Positions 12,180-24,019 of a stretch of DNA of 46,742 bases are shown piece after piece. The notes beneath the pieces are model-generated. The model was not told the DNA's origin, did no database searches, and saw only the letters and a program-made list of their open reading frames with translations. The stretch lies in the NCBI RefSeq assembly GCF_004010195.1, contig NC_057752.1, positions 16,053,050 through 16,099,791 on the forward strand. Reading direction: 5' to 3'. The position numbers were made by a program, and so were the translations under genes. Numbering within the stretch: position 1 is the first letter of the stretch; each line of letters starts with the position of its first letter. This DNA comes from Chiloscyllium plagiosum (taxonomy: Eukaryota).

Positions 12180-13300
12180 AAACAAGGAGAAATTGGCTCT
12201 GCATTTCTGCAGACAATGACCTAGAGGACTTGGTGGATGGGGTAGTGCAGAGGAAGGATACCCTCTTTCCTCCAGAAGAGAAGATAGTCACACTAGACTG
12301 TACCAGCCTAGTTTATAGTTACCATGTCAGTCGCTGCAGTTTCAATCATCCAAGGAAACACCTGACAGCACCATTCGGTTAAATGCCACTCTATTCTCTC
12401 TGCAGCAATCACTCTATCTCTGCTGCTGTACCTTTCTCATAACCCCCAACTATCATTATTGTATGTAATACCTCCGTCGCTCACTCTCAACTCCTCCATA
12501 TAAACACACACATATGCATGCACTCTCAGGTTTACACATGCACGCACTCAGACATGCACACACAGATGTGCACACATCCCAGTTTTGCTAGCCCAGTGTG
12601 AGTCAGTTTGCTCTATTTGGCTGAACAGCTGGTTTGTGCTGCAGAGTGGCAGCATCAGTGCAATTTCTGCACCAAGTAGGTCACCATAAATGTCCCACCT
12701 TTTCAAACTGTCCCCTCACCTCAGGCATGATGACCCTCAGGTTAAACTCACTACCAGTTGTGCCTCTCTAATGCGAGAGCAGCCTGTGGTCCTTGGGTAC
12801 TGTGGTGACTTTACCTTGAATGGAGGGTGGGTTAGCTCATTTTCTGGTAAGCTGGTTTGCGATGCAGAGTGATGCCAGTAGTACGGGTTCATTTCTAATA
12901 CCAACTGAGCTTGCCATGAAAGTCTCGACCTCTCCCCTCACCTCAGGCAAGGTGGCCCTCAGGCTAAGCCACTACCAGTTGTGTCTCTATCTCTCTAATC
13001 AGAGAGCAGCTCATAGTTCTCTGGGATTATGACGACCTCCTAACCCTGAATGCTCCGTATACTGCCTACTCACTCACTTGGGACACATTGCCACTTGCCC
13101 CCATCTTCATCGCATTAACAGTTCCACTCATTCACTTAATCCCTCCTTTCTCTCATTCCAGGAGGAAATAACTCCTAATAGGATCAGAAAAGCCAAGATT
13201 GGATGGTGGAATGTCCGACATTCAGTCCGGTACCCTGTATGGAGAGACGATCCAGGACCATGCTGACAATTTTCTGTGGAGACGCAGAAATGTCCATGGC
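12180..13300 (+). pseudogene. Possible decayed Myb/SANT-like gene of a PIF/Harbinger transposon
   Basis: ADNDLEDLVDGVVQRKDTLFP (about 12205-12275) and ttccag|EEITPNRIRKAKIG(GG) (about 13160) resemble the split Myb/SANT ORF of vertebrate Harbingers. Frameshifted; recognition by eye only. Confidence 0.4.
12600..13035 (+). mobile_element. Two tandem copies of a tRNA-derived SINE (about 12600-12818 and 12830-13035)
   Basis: Both have ttagctc..gctggtttg.gatgcagagtg heads, then cccctcacctcaggca..ccctcagg.taa and ctctaat.agagagcagc. A third copy lies at 17935-18135 on the minus strand. Confidence 0.7.
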
Positions 13301-13583
13301 AACCAAGAGAGAAATATTGTCCATTACTGACTGACTCTCCCATTCCCTCTATTGTAGACACCTTTTTTTTAATGTCCTCCAGCCATGAGTTGAATTTCCA
13401 CAGTTTCTACAGTGAGGTTGGCTGCAGTGTGAGATATTCTCCACCCACCTGCGGAGAAAGCATTGGCAAGGCTGACTCCTGTACTTGCACCAGCTCAGAT
13501 ACTGTCCCCTCAGTGGGACACTTAGCTACTTTAGAATTGGGCGCACTTGTTGGTGAGCACTTCACTGCCACAACTACATACCA

Positions 13584-14297
13584 AAGAGTCACAGAGATGT
13601 ATAGCACGGAAACAGTCCCTTCGGTCCAACCCGTCCATGCCGACCAGCTATCCCAACCCAATCTAGTCCCACCTGCCAGCACCCGGCCCATATCCCTCCA
13701 AGCCCTTCCTATTCATATACCCATCTAGATACCATTTAAATGTTGCAATTGTACCAGCCTCCACCACTTCCTCTGGCAGCTCATTCCACACATGCACCAG
13801 CCTCTGCATGATAAAGTTGCCCCTTAGGTCTCTCTTATATCTTTATCCTCTCACCTAAACCTACGTCCGCTAGTTCTGGACTCCCCCACCCCAGGGAAAA
13901 GATTTTGTCTATTATCCTATCTATGCCCCTCATGATTTTATAAACCTCTAGAACGTCACCCCTCAGCCACCGACGCTCCAGAGAAAACTGCCCTAGCCTA
14001 TTCAACCTCTCCCTATAGCTGAAATCCTCCAACCCTGGCAACATTCTTGTAAATCTTTTCTGAACCCTTTCAAGTTTCACAACATCTTTCCGATAGGAGG
14101 GAGACCAGAATTGTACGCAATATTCCAACAGTGGCCTAACCAATGTCCTGTTCAGCCGCAACATGACCTCCCAACTCCTGTACTTAATACACTGACCAAA
14201 AAAGAAAGCATACCAAACACCTCCTTCACTATCCTATCTATCTGTGACTCCACTTTCGAGGAGCTATGAACCTGCACTCCAAGGTCTCTTTGTTTGG
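13584..14297 (-). mobile_element. CR1 3' fragment
   Basis: ORF 13835-14164 (LVRPLLEYCVQFWSP..ERVQKRFTRMLPG); agagtcac tail. Confidence 0.9.
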
Positions 14298-15599
14298 AAA
14301 GGCTGAGGAAGAACTGCCAGAAACTAGGCAACTACTCAGTTCCAGCCAGCAAGGCTTTTGGCACTTCGAGATCTAATTGGCATGCATCTGGGTATCTGAG
14401 GCAGGTTTGTTAGGAGCACTAGGAATCTGATACAAAGCCTGCAGGACTGCAGCAGCTGCACCGGGACACTGCTGTGATTGTCTGGCTACCCTAATGGCCA
14501 TGTTGACAGCTGCCATGGAGAGCCAAATCCAGCACTCAGAGTCTGTGCATATGCACACAGTCCTGCATACCAGTTACTCTTTCCATTGGTACAAGCAATA
14601 AGGGACACAGAAACATAGAAAATAGGAGCAGGAGTGTATCATTGAGCCCCTTGAAGCTGTTCTGCCATTCGTAATCAGTACTGCTGATCATCCAGATCGG
14701 CTTTTCTCCCAGGGAATCTTGAGCTTGCTTAGGTACCCATTTCTCATAAGGAGGTAAGGTAATTCCCATAGGCAAGGGAAGAATCACTTATATTGCCCCA
14801 CCTCAAACAGCTCGCCTCAGCATATATTAGAGTTGGCCAGGCCTTCCACCTCCACTCTGATAGTCAACATCACCATAGAGTTATACTGCATGGAAACAGA
14901 CCCTTTAATCCAACTCTCCGCGCTGACCAGATATTCTAAACTGATCTAGTTCCTTTTGCCAGCACTTGGCCCATATCCCTTTCACCCCTACCTATTCATG
15001 TACTCATCCAGTCATGCGGGAGTTCAAGCCAAGGAGTCTACACTTGCTTTAGAGCAGGGCACACTTAGCATGCCTGTGCCGTCTAGCCACAAATGCCCCA
15101 TAGTCATCTGATTAAAGCTCCAAGGCCAACTGGCTCTACTGTAGAAAGGCTCCCTGTACTCTCACTGTGGAACCCAGGACTGAATTATACATGGGTGAAA
15201 AAGAAAGCAGACTGCCTGAAGACACAAAGTGATATTTCACCTGTGTCACCTATAAAAACATTTGCGTGTTTTTAAATATATGTTCACTTTTCTTCATCAG
15301 CTGCACGTGTGTGTGTGTATGCTTGTGTGTGTGTGTAGCTCTGCCAAGCCACAACTGCAAATGCAGTGACAGCCTACCCTTGCTTCATGCTACACAATGT
15401 TTAAGGGTCAAGGATATGAAATGAGTAGGTAATAGACAGGTGATTGTATTTTGGCTAATGTGTTTCATCTTTTCAGTGTGCTTCTGACTACCCAAGAAAG
15501 TACACCTTCAAAAGCCCTTTTCCTTCTGTGCTGTATCATTTCTCCCCCTTATCATTTAGTTGCCTTCCTACTTCACAATTGTAATCCTTTGCATTGCAG

Positions 15600-16915
15600 A
15601 ATTCAAACCCTTCAGTCTTAATCCAAAAACCCAGGTATGGCACATGGTGGCTGATAGAAGTTGAATTCAATAAAATTTGGGAATTAAAAGTATAATGATG
15701 ACCATGAATCCATTGTTAATTGTCTGGAAAAACCCATTGGTTCGCTAATTTTGTTTAGGGAAGGAAACTGCCATCCTTCCCTTCTGTGGCCAGCTCCAGA
15801 GCCAGCCTGGTCCATGACACTTTCTCATCCATGAATCGATTTTTTAAAAAGTGAACCTGTTAACTGAGGACCGCAAAGTACAAAGCGACAATGCAACGAG
15901 CATCAAGGTGGACGCAGAGTGAATGATCACTAACTGAGCAGCCATTAGATGTAGCCTCATCCAATCTGTGCAGTGTATCCTGGCAGCAGCATCCCAATCA
16001 GAGCCACCCTTTAAGTGATTCAGAGATGTGCGGTTATGCTGGTATGTGTTGGATACCAATGTCTGTGGATATGGAGTGTGCACAGTCACTGTGCATGGTG
16101 TGTCCTGAGATGGTGGAGCCTGGGTGTCCAAGATAGATGTCCAGAGGTGTAAGCAGCAAGCTGGAATCACCAGGGAACCATTCTTTTATGTTGTGAAATC
16201 TCAGCATCTAGTTTCTATCTAATGAATAGTAGGATGGGCAACTACATGTTAATAAAGCAAGATTACATAATCCATGTTAACGAGTAATAGTCGTACTGTT
16301 AGGTCTCTCACCAGCAAGAATGTCGTCTCACTATTCAACGCTTGGTTGTAAAACGGTCCTTTTTGCTCTCGCGTGACACCTCTCATAATCTTGCCATTGT
16401 GACCATGCCGTTCATGGGCTGGGACAATTCCATCCCTTGTTTTTGTGCTCAACTGCATAAATTCACTAAAGATCCTTAAACAGTGCACCATCCTTACCTA
16501 CTGTGGCCAGCTCCAGAGCCACAACAATGTGGTTGACTCTTAAGTACCCTCCAGGCAAGTAGGGATGAGCATAAAATACTGGCCTGGCCCATTACTTTCA
16601 TCCGTGAATCAATAAAACCCATGACATTTTCACCTTGAAGGACAAGGGCAACAGATACACGGGAACATCACTACCTGCAGGTTCCCCTTCAAGCCGCTCA
16701 CCATCCAGACGTGGAAATATATCACCATTCATTCAGTGTCGCTGAGTTGAAATCCTAGCATTCTCTCTCTGAGAGTTTTGTGGTTCAAACTTCAGTATGG
16801 AGACTCCCCAGCAGTTCAGGAAGGCAGTTCACCATTACCACCTCAAGAACTAGTGACAGGCAATAAATGCTGGCTGGCCAGCAATACCTACGTCCCACGT
16901 GGAAATAAAAATAAG
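15600..16915 (+). mobile_element. Cluster of SINE pieces (about 15600-15840 and 16488-16615) and a LINE 3' end (about 16630-16915) sharing a ggcaataaatgctgg-type tail
   Basis: ttgaattcaataaaatttgggaattaaaag...tttagggaaggaaactgcc is a SINE body; gggaacatcactacctgcaggttcccc is a LINE C-terminus. Confidence 0.55.
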
Positions 16916-17719
16916 TCTCGAGTAGGGTAATGGCATATGACTGTTTTATTCAAACACGATTCCTACCCACTGAGTCATAGCTGAAAGCTGTGTACCAGCA
17001 AGGTTACTCATTCAGTCCACAAACTGTGTTCAAGTTTCATCAATGCTCCAAGAATAGGGAAGTTAAGGGAGGTTGGGTGCATTAAGTTGCTTTCCTTATT
17101 CTGACAATAGACCTCTTCCACAAAGTGCGCATTTTTGGTCTTTAATTGCGGACAGGGTAGCATTTGACTTAAAATCCTCCATAAGCTGTCAAAGCCCATT
17201 GCCTGTGTGGAGTTCTGAGCATCTTTACTTTAGAAAAATCTGGCAGATTATTTTTAAGTTCAGCCACCCTCCCATGAAAACTGAGCTGTCTGAAGGTGGT
17301 TTGGTCAAGTCACTCCCCTGACCAGTTTCTGATATAATGCCTACTAAGGCATATCTTGAAATATTGTATCAATGGATTACAAGGGCTATATCCACTCTTT
17401 CAAAGGTTGTTTTCTTTTATCCTGTACCTTTTTATATCTGTGTATCATCTTTCTAAGGATTAGTTGTGACTCTGAAGTAGCCATGGGATGTGCCTGAGCT
17501 GGTCATTGGTTGAATTTGCAGCTTTCCCCATGCTTGAAGCAAACAAGCTGGTTTCTATTCAGTGATGTGAATTCATTCACCAGTGCAGCAATGGTGCATC
17601 CACCTCTTTATATTCAAAATATTGAAAGCATTCACTATCCTGGATGTTGTCCTCACTTTCCAGGACTTCCTTCTATTCTGGACAATATATCTTCAATTGG
17701 CTGATATATGATTAAACAG

Positions 17720-17928
17720 GTGAAAGTGGGGACTGCAAATGCTGGAGAGTCAAAGTCGAAATGAGTGGCACTGAAAAGCAGAGCAGGTCAGGCCGCATCC
17801 GAGAAGCAGGAGAGTCAACCAGGCAGAAGGGCATCCTGAAGAATGGCTTATGCCAGAAACCTTGACTCTCCTGGTCCCCAGATGCTGCCTGGTCTGTGCT
17901 TTTCCATCGCCACACTTTTTGACATTCG
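17720..17928. mobile_element. Palindromic PLE-derived mini-element (older copy)
   Basis: Inverted arms around CTGAAGA a TGGC ttat GCCA GAAA (17836-17859); TSD ttaaacag at 17712-17719 and 17929-17936. Confidence 0.75.
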
Positions 17929-17936
17929 TTAAACAG

Positions 17937-18135
17937 ATAAAGTCGCCATAGTCCTACCAGACCATAAGGCTGCTGTCTCAGAGAGAGATCACTGATGCTG
18001 AATCGAACCTTGAGGGTCACCACACCTCCAACGAAGGGGAGTTGAGGCAGGATCTTTGTGATGCAGTGCGGGAATGGATCCTACGGTGTTAATATCAGTC
18101 TACATTACAAACCAGCCAACTGATCCTGAACTGAA
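17937..18135 (-). mobile_element. tRNA-derived SINE, same family as 12600-13035
   Basis: aaagtcgccatagtcctaccagaccataaggctgct...aacctTgagggtcaccacacctc is the reverse complement of that family. Confidence 0.65.
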
Positions 18136-18670
18136 CAAACCCCCAACAATGATAAGCAGTTAACAGTCTCGGGAGTATTGGAAAGGTGAATCTAATAGTG
18201 ATCTTTCTGTAATTTCTATAATTATAGATTATTTTCTGCATCCATTCATTCATGTGTGCTTGATTTAAGAGGACCATGTCAAAACTTCAATTGAGCAGCG
18301 ATGATGTGAACTTGGAAGTAATCTGCAGATTTAGGCATTTGTTGACTTTGCTTATCCAAGTAATACTATTTCAAGTTAACCTTAGTCTGTGATTGCATCA
18401 AAACTGAGATGGTAAAAGGTTCATGTAACTTTAAAAAAACATACTTCATGTAATGCAAGCATCACTGTCAAGGAAGATTTTTATTACCCATCCCTATAGG
18501 ATGATATAGATGAGTTGGTCAGATGGGCTGGAATTTAATCCTGAAAAGTGTGAGGTAATGATTTTGGAAGGATGGACAAGGCAAAGGATGTTAGGACTCT
18601 TGGAAGTATAGAGAGGCCTTGGTGAGCATTTCCACAGATCCTTGATGGTAGGACAGAAAAATAAGGTTAG

Positions 18671-18948
18671 ATTTGAATGATGGAGGAGAAAGTGAGGACT
18701 GCAGATGCTGGAGATCAAAGCTGAAAATGTGTTGCTGGAAAAGCACAGCAGGTCAGGCAGCATCCAAGGAGCAGGAGAATCGACATTTCGGGCATGAGCC
18801 CTTCTTCAGGAATGATTAGAGTGATGCTGGGCTTTTGCCTGAAACATCGACTCTCCTGCTCCTCGGATGCTGCCCAACCTCCTGTGCTTTTCTAGCACCG
18901 CTCTAACTAGACTTTGATTTCCAGCATCTGCAGTCCTCCATTTTGCCT
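18671..18948. mobile_element. Two PLE tail mini-elements of different subfamilies in opposite orientation
   Basis: Minus copy about 18684-18815 with CTGAAGA (18803-18809 reverse complement) and GGGC tcat GCCC GAAATGTC; plus copy about 18829-18948. Flanked by agaaaaataaggtt and agaaaaataaagtt. Confidence 0.75.
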
Positions 18949-19051
18949 AGAAAAATAAAGTTGTTAGGAAGGATACTTGCCTTTATTAATTGAGGCATTG
19001 AATACAAGAGTAAAAAGGTTACAATTGAGCTGCACACAATGTTATGTAGGC

Positions 19052-19464
19052 TTAAAAAGGGCTGGAAATGTGTTGCTGGAAAAGCGCAGCAGGTCAGGCA
19101 GCATCCAGGGAACAGGAGAATCGACGTTTCGGGCAAAACCCCTTCTTCCTGAAGAAGGGCTTATGCCCGAAACGTCGATTCTCCTGTTCCCTGGATGCTG
19201 CCTGACCTGCTGTGCTTTTCCAGCAACACATTTCCAGCTCTGATCTCCAGCATCTGCAGACCTCACTTTCTCCTCATAGGCTTAAAAAGGGTCAGGCAGC
19301 ATCCAAGGAGAAGGAGAATCGACGTTTCGGGCATAAACCCTTCTTCAGGCTTATGCCAGAAATGTCGATTCTCCTTCTCCTTGGATGCTGCCTGACCTGC
19401 TGTGCTTTTCCAGCAACACATTTTCAGCTCTGATCTCCAGCATCTGCAGTCCTCACTTTCTCCT
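19052..19464. mobile_element. Two nested palindromic PLE-derived mini-elements (19062-19276 inserted at the start of 19052-19464)
   Basis: TSD caatgttatgtaggc at 19037-19051 and 19465-19479; TSD taggcttaaaaaggg at 19047-19061 and 19277-19291. Confidence 0.9.
19149..19176 (+). ncRNA. Minimal type-I hammerhead ribozyme core (PLE type)
   Basis: CUGAAGA-A-GGGC(UUAU)GCCC-GAAA-CGUC. Palindromic ACGU helix III; predicted cleavage after 19176; helix I has only about 2 bp. Confidence 0.75.
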
Positions 19465-19929
19465 CAATGTTATGTAGGCGACAGGTGGAATACTGTGTCA
19501 ATCTGGTTGTGACACTATTGGAGGGATGTGATTCCATTAGAGTGAGTGGAGAGGAGATTCACAAGATGTTTCCTGGTAAGACTAATACCAGCTGCAAAGA
19601 GAGGCTAGATACGCAAGAACTGTCTTCTTCAGAGCACAAAAGGCCAATAGGAACTTAATTGAGGTATACAAAGTATTGAGGGCCATAGATAGAATAGAGG
19701 GTGAGAAACTTTGACTCTTAGAAGAGTCAATAACCGGGAGGAAGCTTTAAGGTTTCAAGGTTTTCAAGGGGATTTGAGGAATAATGTTTTCACCCAGAGG
19801 TGAAACCCTCTGCCTGAAAGGACAATAGATGTTGTATCTCTCAAAACATTTAGGAAATGTACAGATGTGAACTGAAATGTCAGTATACATGGCTTTGTAC
19901 CAAATGCTAGGAAACTGGATTAGAAATAT

Positions 19930-20396
19930 TTGGTTTGCTCACTGAGCTGGTGGGTTTGTTTTCAGACATTTCATGATGTCACCATGCTAGATAACATCAT
20001 CAGTGATCCTCTGGTGAGTGGTTGGTATTCTGTCCCACTTGCTATTTATGTGTCTTGGTTTGTTGTGGTGGATATCACTTCCGGTTCTGAGGTTGGTAAA
20101 TGGTATCCAGATATGTGTTTGTTAGTGAAGTTCCAGTTTGAATGCCAAGCCTCTAGTAATTCCCATGTATGTCTTTGTTTAGCCTGTCCCAGGATGGATG
20201 CATTGTCCCAGTCAAACTGGTGTCCCTCTTCATCTGTATGTATGGATACCAGTAATTGTTAGTCATATCTTCTGGTGGCTAGTTGGTGCTCATGTATCCT
20301 GGTGATTAGTTTCATGCTGGTTTGTCCAATGTAATGTTTGTTGCAGTCCTTGCTGGCTATACTGTACATTATGTTCTGCTGGCTGTGGGTATGGGG
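19930..20396 (-). mobile_element. PLE 3' fragment (GIY-YIG plus terminal repeat), related to 6385-6907
   Basis: QQNIMYSIASKDCNKHYIGQTSMKLITRIHEHQ. The minus strand has CTGATGA t GTTATC tagcat GGTGAC atcat GAAATGTC. TSD tggattagaaa at 19916-19926 and 20397-20407. Confidence 0.85.
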
Positions 20397-22107
20397 TGGA
20401 TTAGAAAATATAAGCACTTGATGACTAGCACAGACTTGATGGGCGAAAGGGTCTTTTTCCATGCTGTAAGAACTCGGATTCTAAAAGATTTCAGTAAATT
20501 TTTCTGAACTGAAAACAAATTAAACAGAGTCATAGAGACATAAAGCACAGAAACCGACCAGTCAGTCCAACTCATCCATGTTGACAAGATATCCTAACCT
20601 AATCTAGTTCCATTTGCCAGCACTTAGCCCATATCCCGTAAACCCTTCCTATTCATATACCCATCCAGATGCCTTTTAAATGCTGTAATTGTATCAGCCT
20701 CCACTGCTTCCTCTGAAAGCTCATTCCATTCACGCACACCCTCTGTGTGAAACGTTAGGTCATAGGTCCCTGTTATTTCTTTCCCCTCTCACTCTGAACC
20801 TATACCCTCTTTTTCTGGATTCCCCCACCGCAGAGAAAAGGCTTTGCCTATTTATCCTATCCATGCCCCTCATGATTTTGTAAACCTCTACCCTCTGCCT
20901 CCAACGCTCCAGGGAAAATAACCCCAGCCTATTCAGCCTCTCTCTATAGTCTATGTTTGGAAAGTTAAAATTCCCTACGTTAACCACCCTATTATTTTTA
21001 CAGATAACTGAGATCTCCTTCCAAGTTTGTTTCTCAATTTCCTGCTGACTATTAGGAGTCTACAATACAATCCCAATAAGATGATCATCCCTTTCTTAAT
21101 TCTCAGTTCCACCCAAATATCTTCCTTAGATATATTCCCAGAAATAACCTCCCTAAGTGCAGCAGTAATGCTATCCCTTATCAAACATGCCACTGCCCCT
21201 CCTTTCTGGCCCCCCTTTCTATCCTTCCTATCGCATTTGTATTCTGGAACATTAAGCTGCCAGTCCTGTCCATCCCTAAGCCATGTTTCTGTAATTGCCA
21301 TGTCCCGGTGCCATGTTCTTCACCATGCCCTGAGTTCAGCTGCCTTCCCAACTGTACCAGTCTCAGACTGTTCTCTTTCCTCACTACCTCCCTGGGTTAT
21401 CACCTCCCCCCGCCCCCCCCCCCCCCCACACACACACACACCTTACTAGTTTAAATCCTCCCAAGCAGCTCTAGCAAATATTCTTGCAAGTATATTAGTC
21501 CTCTTCCAATTCAGGTGCAATCCATCTTTCTTGTACAGGTCACTTCTACCCCAGAAGAGATTCCAATGATTCAAAAATGTGAACCCTTCTCCCCTGCACC
21601 AGCTCCTCAACCACGCATTCTTCTGCTCTATCCTCCTATTCCTACCCTCACTAGCTCATAGCACCAGGAGTAATCCAGATATTACTACCCTTGAGGACCT
21701 CCTTTTTAGATTCTTGCCTAACTTCTATATTCTACCTTCAGAATCCCACCCTTTTCCCTTCCTATGTCATTAGTTCCAATATGTACAATGACCTCCTGCT
21801 GATCACTCTCCCCTTTGAGAACACTCTCCACCCTCTCTGAGATATCCTTGATCCTGGCACAAGGGAGGCAACACAGCATTCTGATTTTTCACTGCTGGCC
21901 ACAGAAAAATATGTCTGTGCCTCTGACTTGAGAGTCTGCTATCACACCTGATCCCTTGGAACCTGATGTAACCCTCATTAATTTAGAGCCAGTCTCTATA
22001 CCAGGAACTTGGCTGTTTGTGCTACATTCCCCTGAGAGTCTATCATCCCCTACATTTTCCAAAGCAGCATACTTGTTTGAAATGGGGATAGCCACTGAAG
22101 ACTCCTG

Positions 22108-22334
22108 ATTCTGGATTAGTGGTGCTGGAAGAGCACAGCAGTTCAGGCAGCATCCAAGGAGCTTCGAAATCGACGTTTTGGGCAAAAGCCCTTCATCCGG
22201 GAAAAAGCTGATGAAGGGCTTTTGCCCGAAACGTCGATTTCGAAGCTCTTTGGATGCTGCCTGAACTGCTATGCTCTTCCAGCACCACTAATCCAGAATC
22301 TGGTTTCCAGCATCTGCAGTCATTGTTTTTACCA
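22108..22334. mobile_element. Palindromic PLE-derived mini-element inserted in CR1 ORF1
   Basis: Arms of about 91 bp (22107-22197 and 22210-22300). TSD ccactgaagactcctg (22092-22107) and ccacagaagactcctg (22335-22350). The empty site is visible in the sister CR1 at about 31334-31349. Confidence 0.92.
22208..22235 (+). ncRNA. Minimal hammerhead ribozyme core (PLE type)
   Basis: CUGAUGA-A-GGGC(UUUU)GCCC-GAAA-CGUC; the 5' strand of helix I appears lost at the inversion junction. Confidence 0.7.
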
Positions 22335-23289
22335 CCACAGAAGACTCCTGCACTACCTGCCTATCCCTCCTACCTTTCCTGGAGTTAACCCATCAACCGA
22401 ATGTATCTCCCCTCCTATAACTGCCATCCATTACAACATCTATCTCTTCTCAATTCCTCATGGCCTCTAACTCCCACTCCACCTGGTCCATGCAACGTGA
22501 TAGGATTTGCAACAAAAGACAGTTCCTGCAGACATAATCATCAGTAACATGGAAATTCTCCCTAATCTCCCACAGCCAACAGGAAGAACATATCACTCAA
22601 CTAATGGCCATCTTTACTCCTTCGCAATCTACAGACCCAGAAATAGCACCATCTTTTTGCGCTAAAAAAGTGCTCCAGGCTAACTTAGTACTATGATTTA
22701 TGCTTTTAAAATTTAATAAAACATATAATCAAGAAAGAGCCCACTGTACTCGCTACTGTTGACTTACAGTAAGGCTACACATTAAAAACTATGCACTTCT
22801 CAGTTCCTGTGCTGTGAACTCTCCCACACAGTTTCGTCCTAGGTCAACTGTAAGTTTCGCTATTTGTTAATTTTTCCCAGACCCACTCTGATGTTCAGAG
22901 ATACATGAACTCAAACAGCAAAGGCAGTATCTGCAGATTCATTGCTGTCTCTCAGACCCTCTCTCATGCTCTCTCTTCTTCCCCCCCCCCCCCCGCCAAC
23001 TGACCACGTAGTCGCTGCCTTTTGTGTCTCTTCCTCCACACTTATAATCTTTGTTTTCCCACAGTTCCAAAACAATGCAACAGCATAGAAAACAGTGATT
23101 ACGGCTCCTGGAATTGGAGGAAATCACCTCCAACACCTAAAATACCCCCAAAACATGGAGCAGCTGTTATAGCCACAAATTTTTCTCGTCATCCATCTTG
23201 GATTGCCCAATATTCTTGATCTTGACTTTTGCTCTCCCAGTTGTAAATACATTAGTCAAACATCTTTTCATTAAAATCAAAAGAGTTTT

Positions 23290-23830
23290 CAGTTACCTGG
23301 TCTGACGAATACTACATGACTTCATTGAAGTGTACAAAATCCTGAATGCTCTTGACGGGGTGCACCTGAAAGGATGTTTCCCCTTCTGGTGGAGGGCAGA
23401 ATTAGGCAGCACTGTTTTAAAATTAGTGATCACCCTTTCAGGACAGAAATGAGTGAATTTTTTTAAAGACAGCCTGTTAAGGCAATAAGAGGTTGGGCAC
23501 ATAAACGTTGGAGAAGACGTTTGATGAAGTCTTCAAAATTCTGAGGGATCTTGACAAGTTGATTGGGAACAATTGTTCCCATTACCAGAATAGAATCAAC
23601 ATTAGGTAAACCGTTTACAGCCACGGAGTGGTTAGGGTCTGGAGTGCACTGACGGAGAATGCTGTGAAGGACTTTGTAAAGGAAACTACCATTATTTGAA
23701 GAGGGAAAAAAGTGCATAGCTACAGGGATAAAATATGGCAATGGGACTAGCTGAGTTGCACTTACAGAGAACAGGTGCAGAAGTAATGAACTGGATAGCT
23801 TCTATTTGTGCTATAATGAAGATTCTATAA
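23290..23830 (+). mobile_element. Old CR1 3' fragments
   Basis: ttgaagtgtacaaaatcctgaa..ggatgtttcccc..ttcaggacagaaatgag, with a second fragment inside at about 23500-23680. Confidence 0.6.
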
Positions 23831-24019
23831 ATTGGAATGGGTTGGCCTGTTAACAATGAATGCACTATAGCATATTCAGATGACTTGAGAATACATTGTA
23901 CAAATACAAATTATTTTGCTTTCGGATTTAGTTGAGGCCCTATCTTTTTAATGAGATGCGTTATCTTCTTTTCTCCCCCCCTCTTTCCCCACCAAACCAC
24001 AACTACCTGTCAAATGCAG

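Larger units (their letters stand above)
18495..19929 (+). mobile_element. Old degenerate CR1 3' part hosting several PLE-derived insertions
   Basis: EFNPEKCEVMI.G, GIEYK and EYCV remnants; the tail resumes at 20397-20480 after the PLE at 19930. Confidence 0.7.
20525..23215 (-). mobile_element. CR1 element with both ends (5' UTR, ORF1 esterase, endonuclease start, 3' end) but most of ORF2 deleted
   Basis: ORF1 reads ISNKYAALENVG..IADSQVRGTD; the endonuclease reads AITETWL..GGAVA..GNFNFPNID and is fused directly to YRERLNRLGLFSLE at about 20948. Confidence 0.85.

Noticed and set aside
23932..24019. N-terminal extension of the 159-aa ORF (MRPYLFNE...)
   Set aside because: It is intronic pyrimidine tract; homology begins only after the acceptor at 24019.
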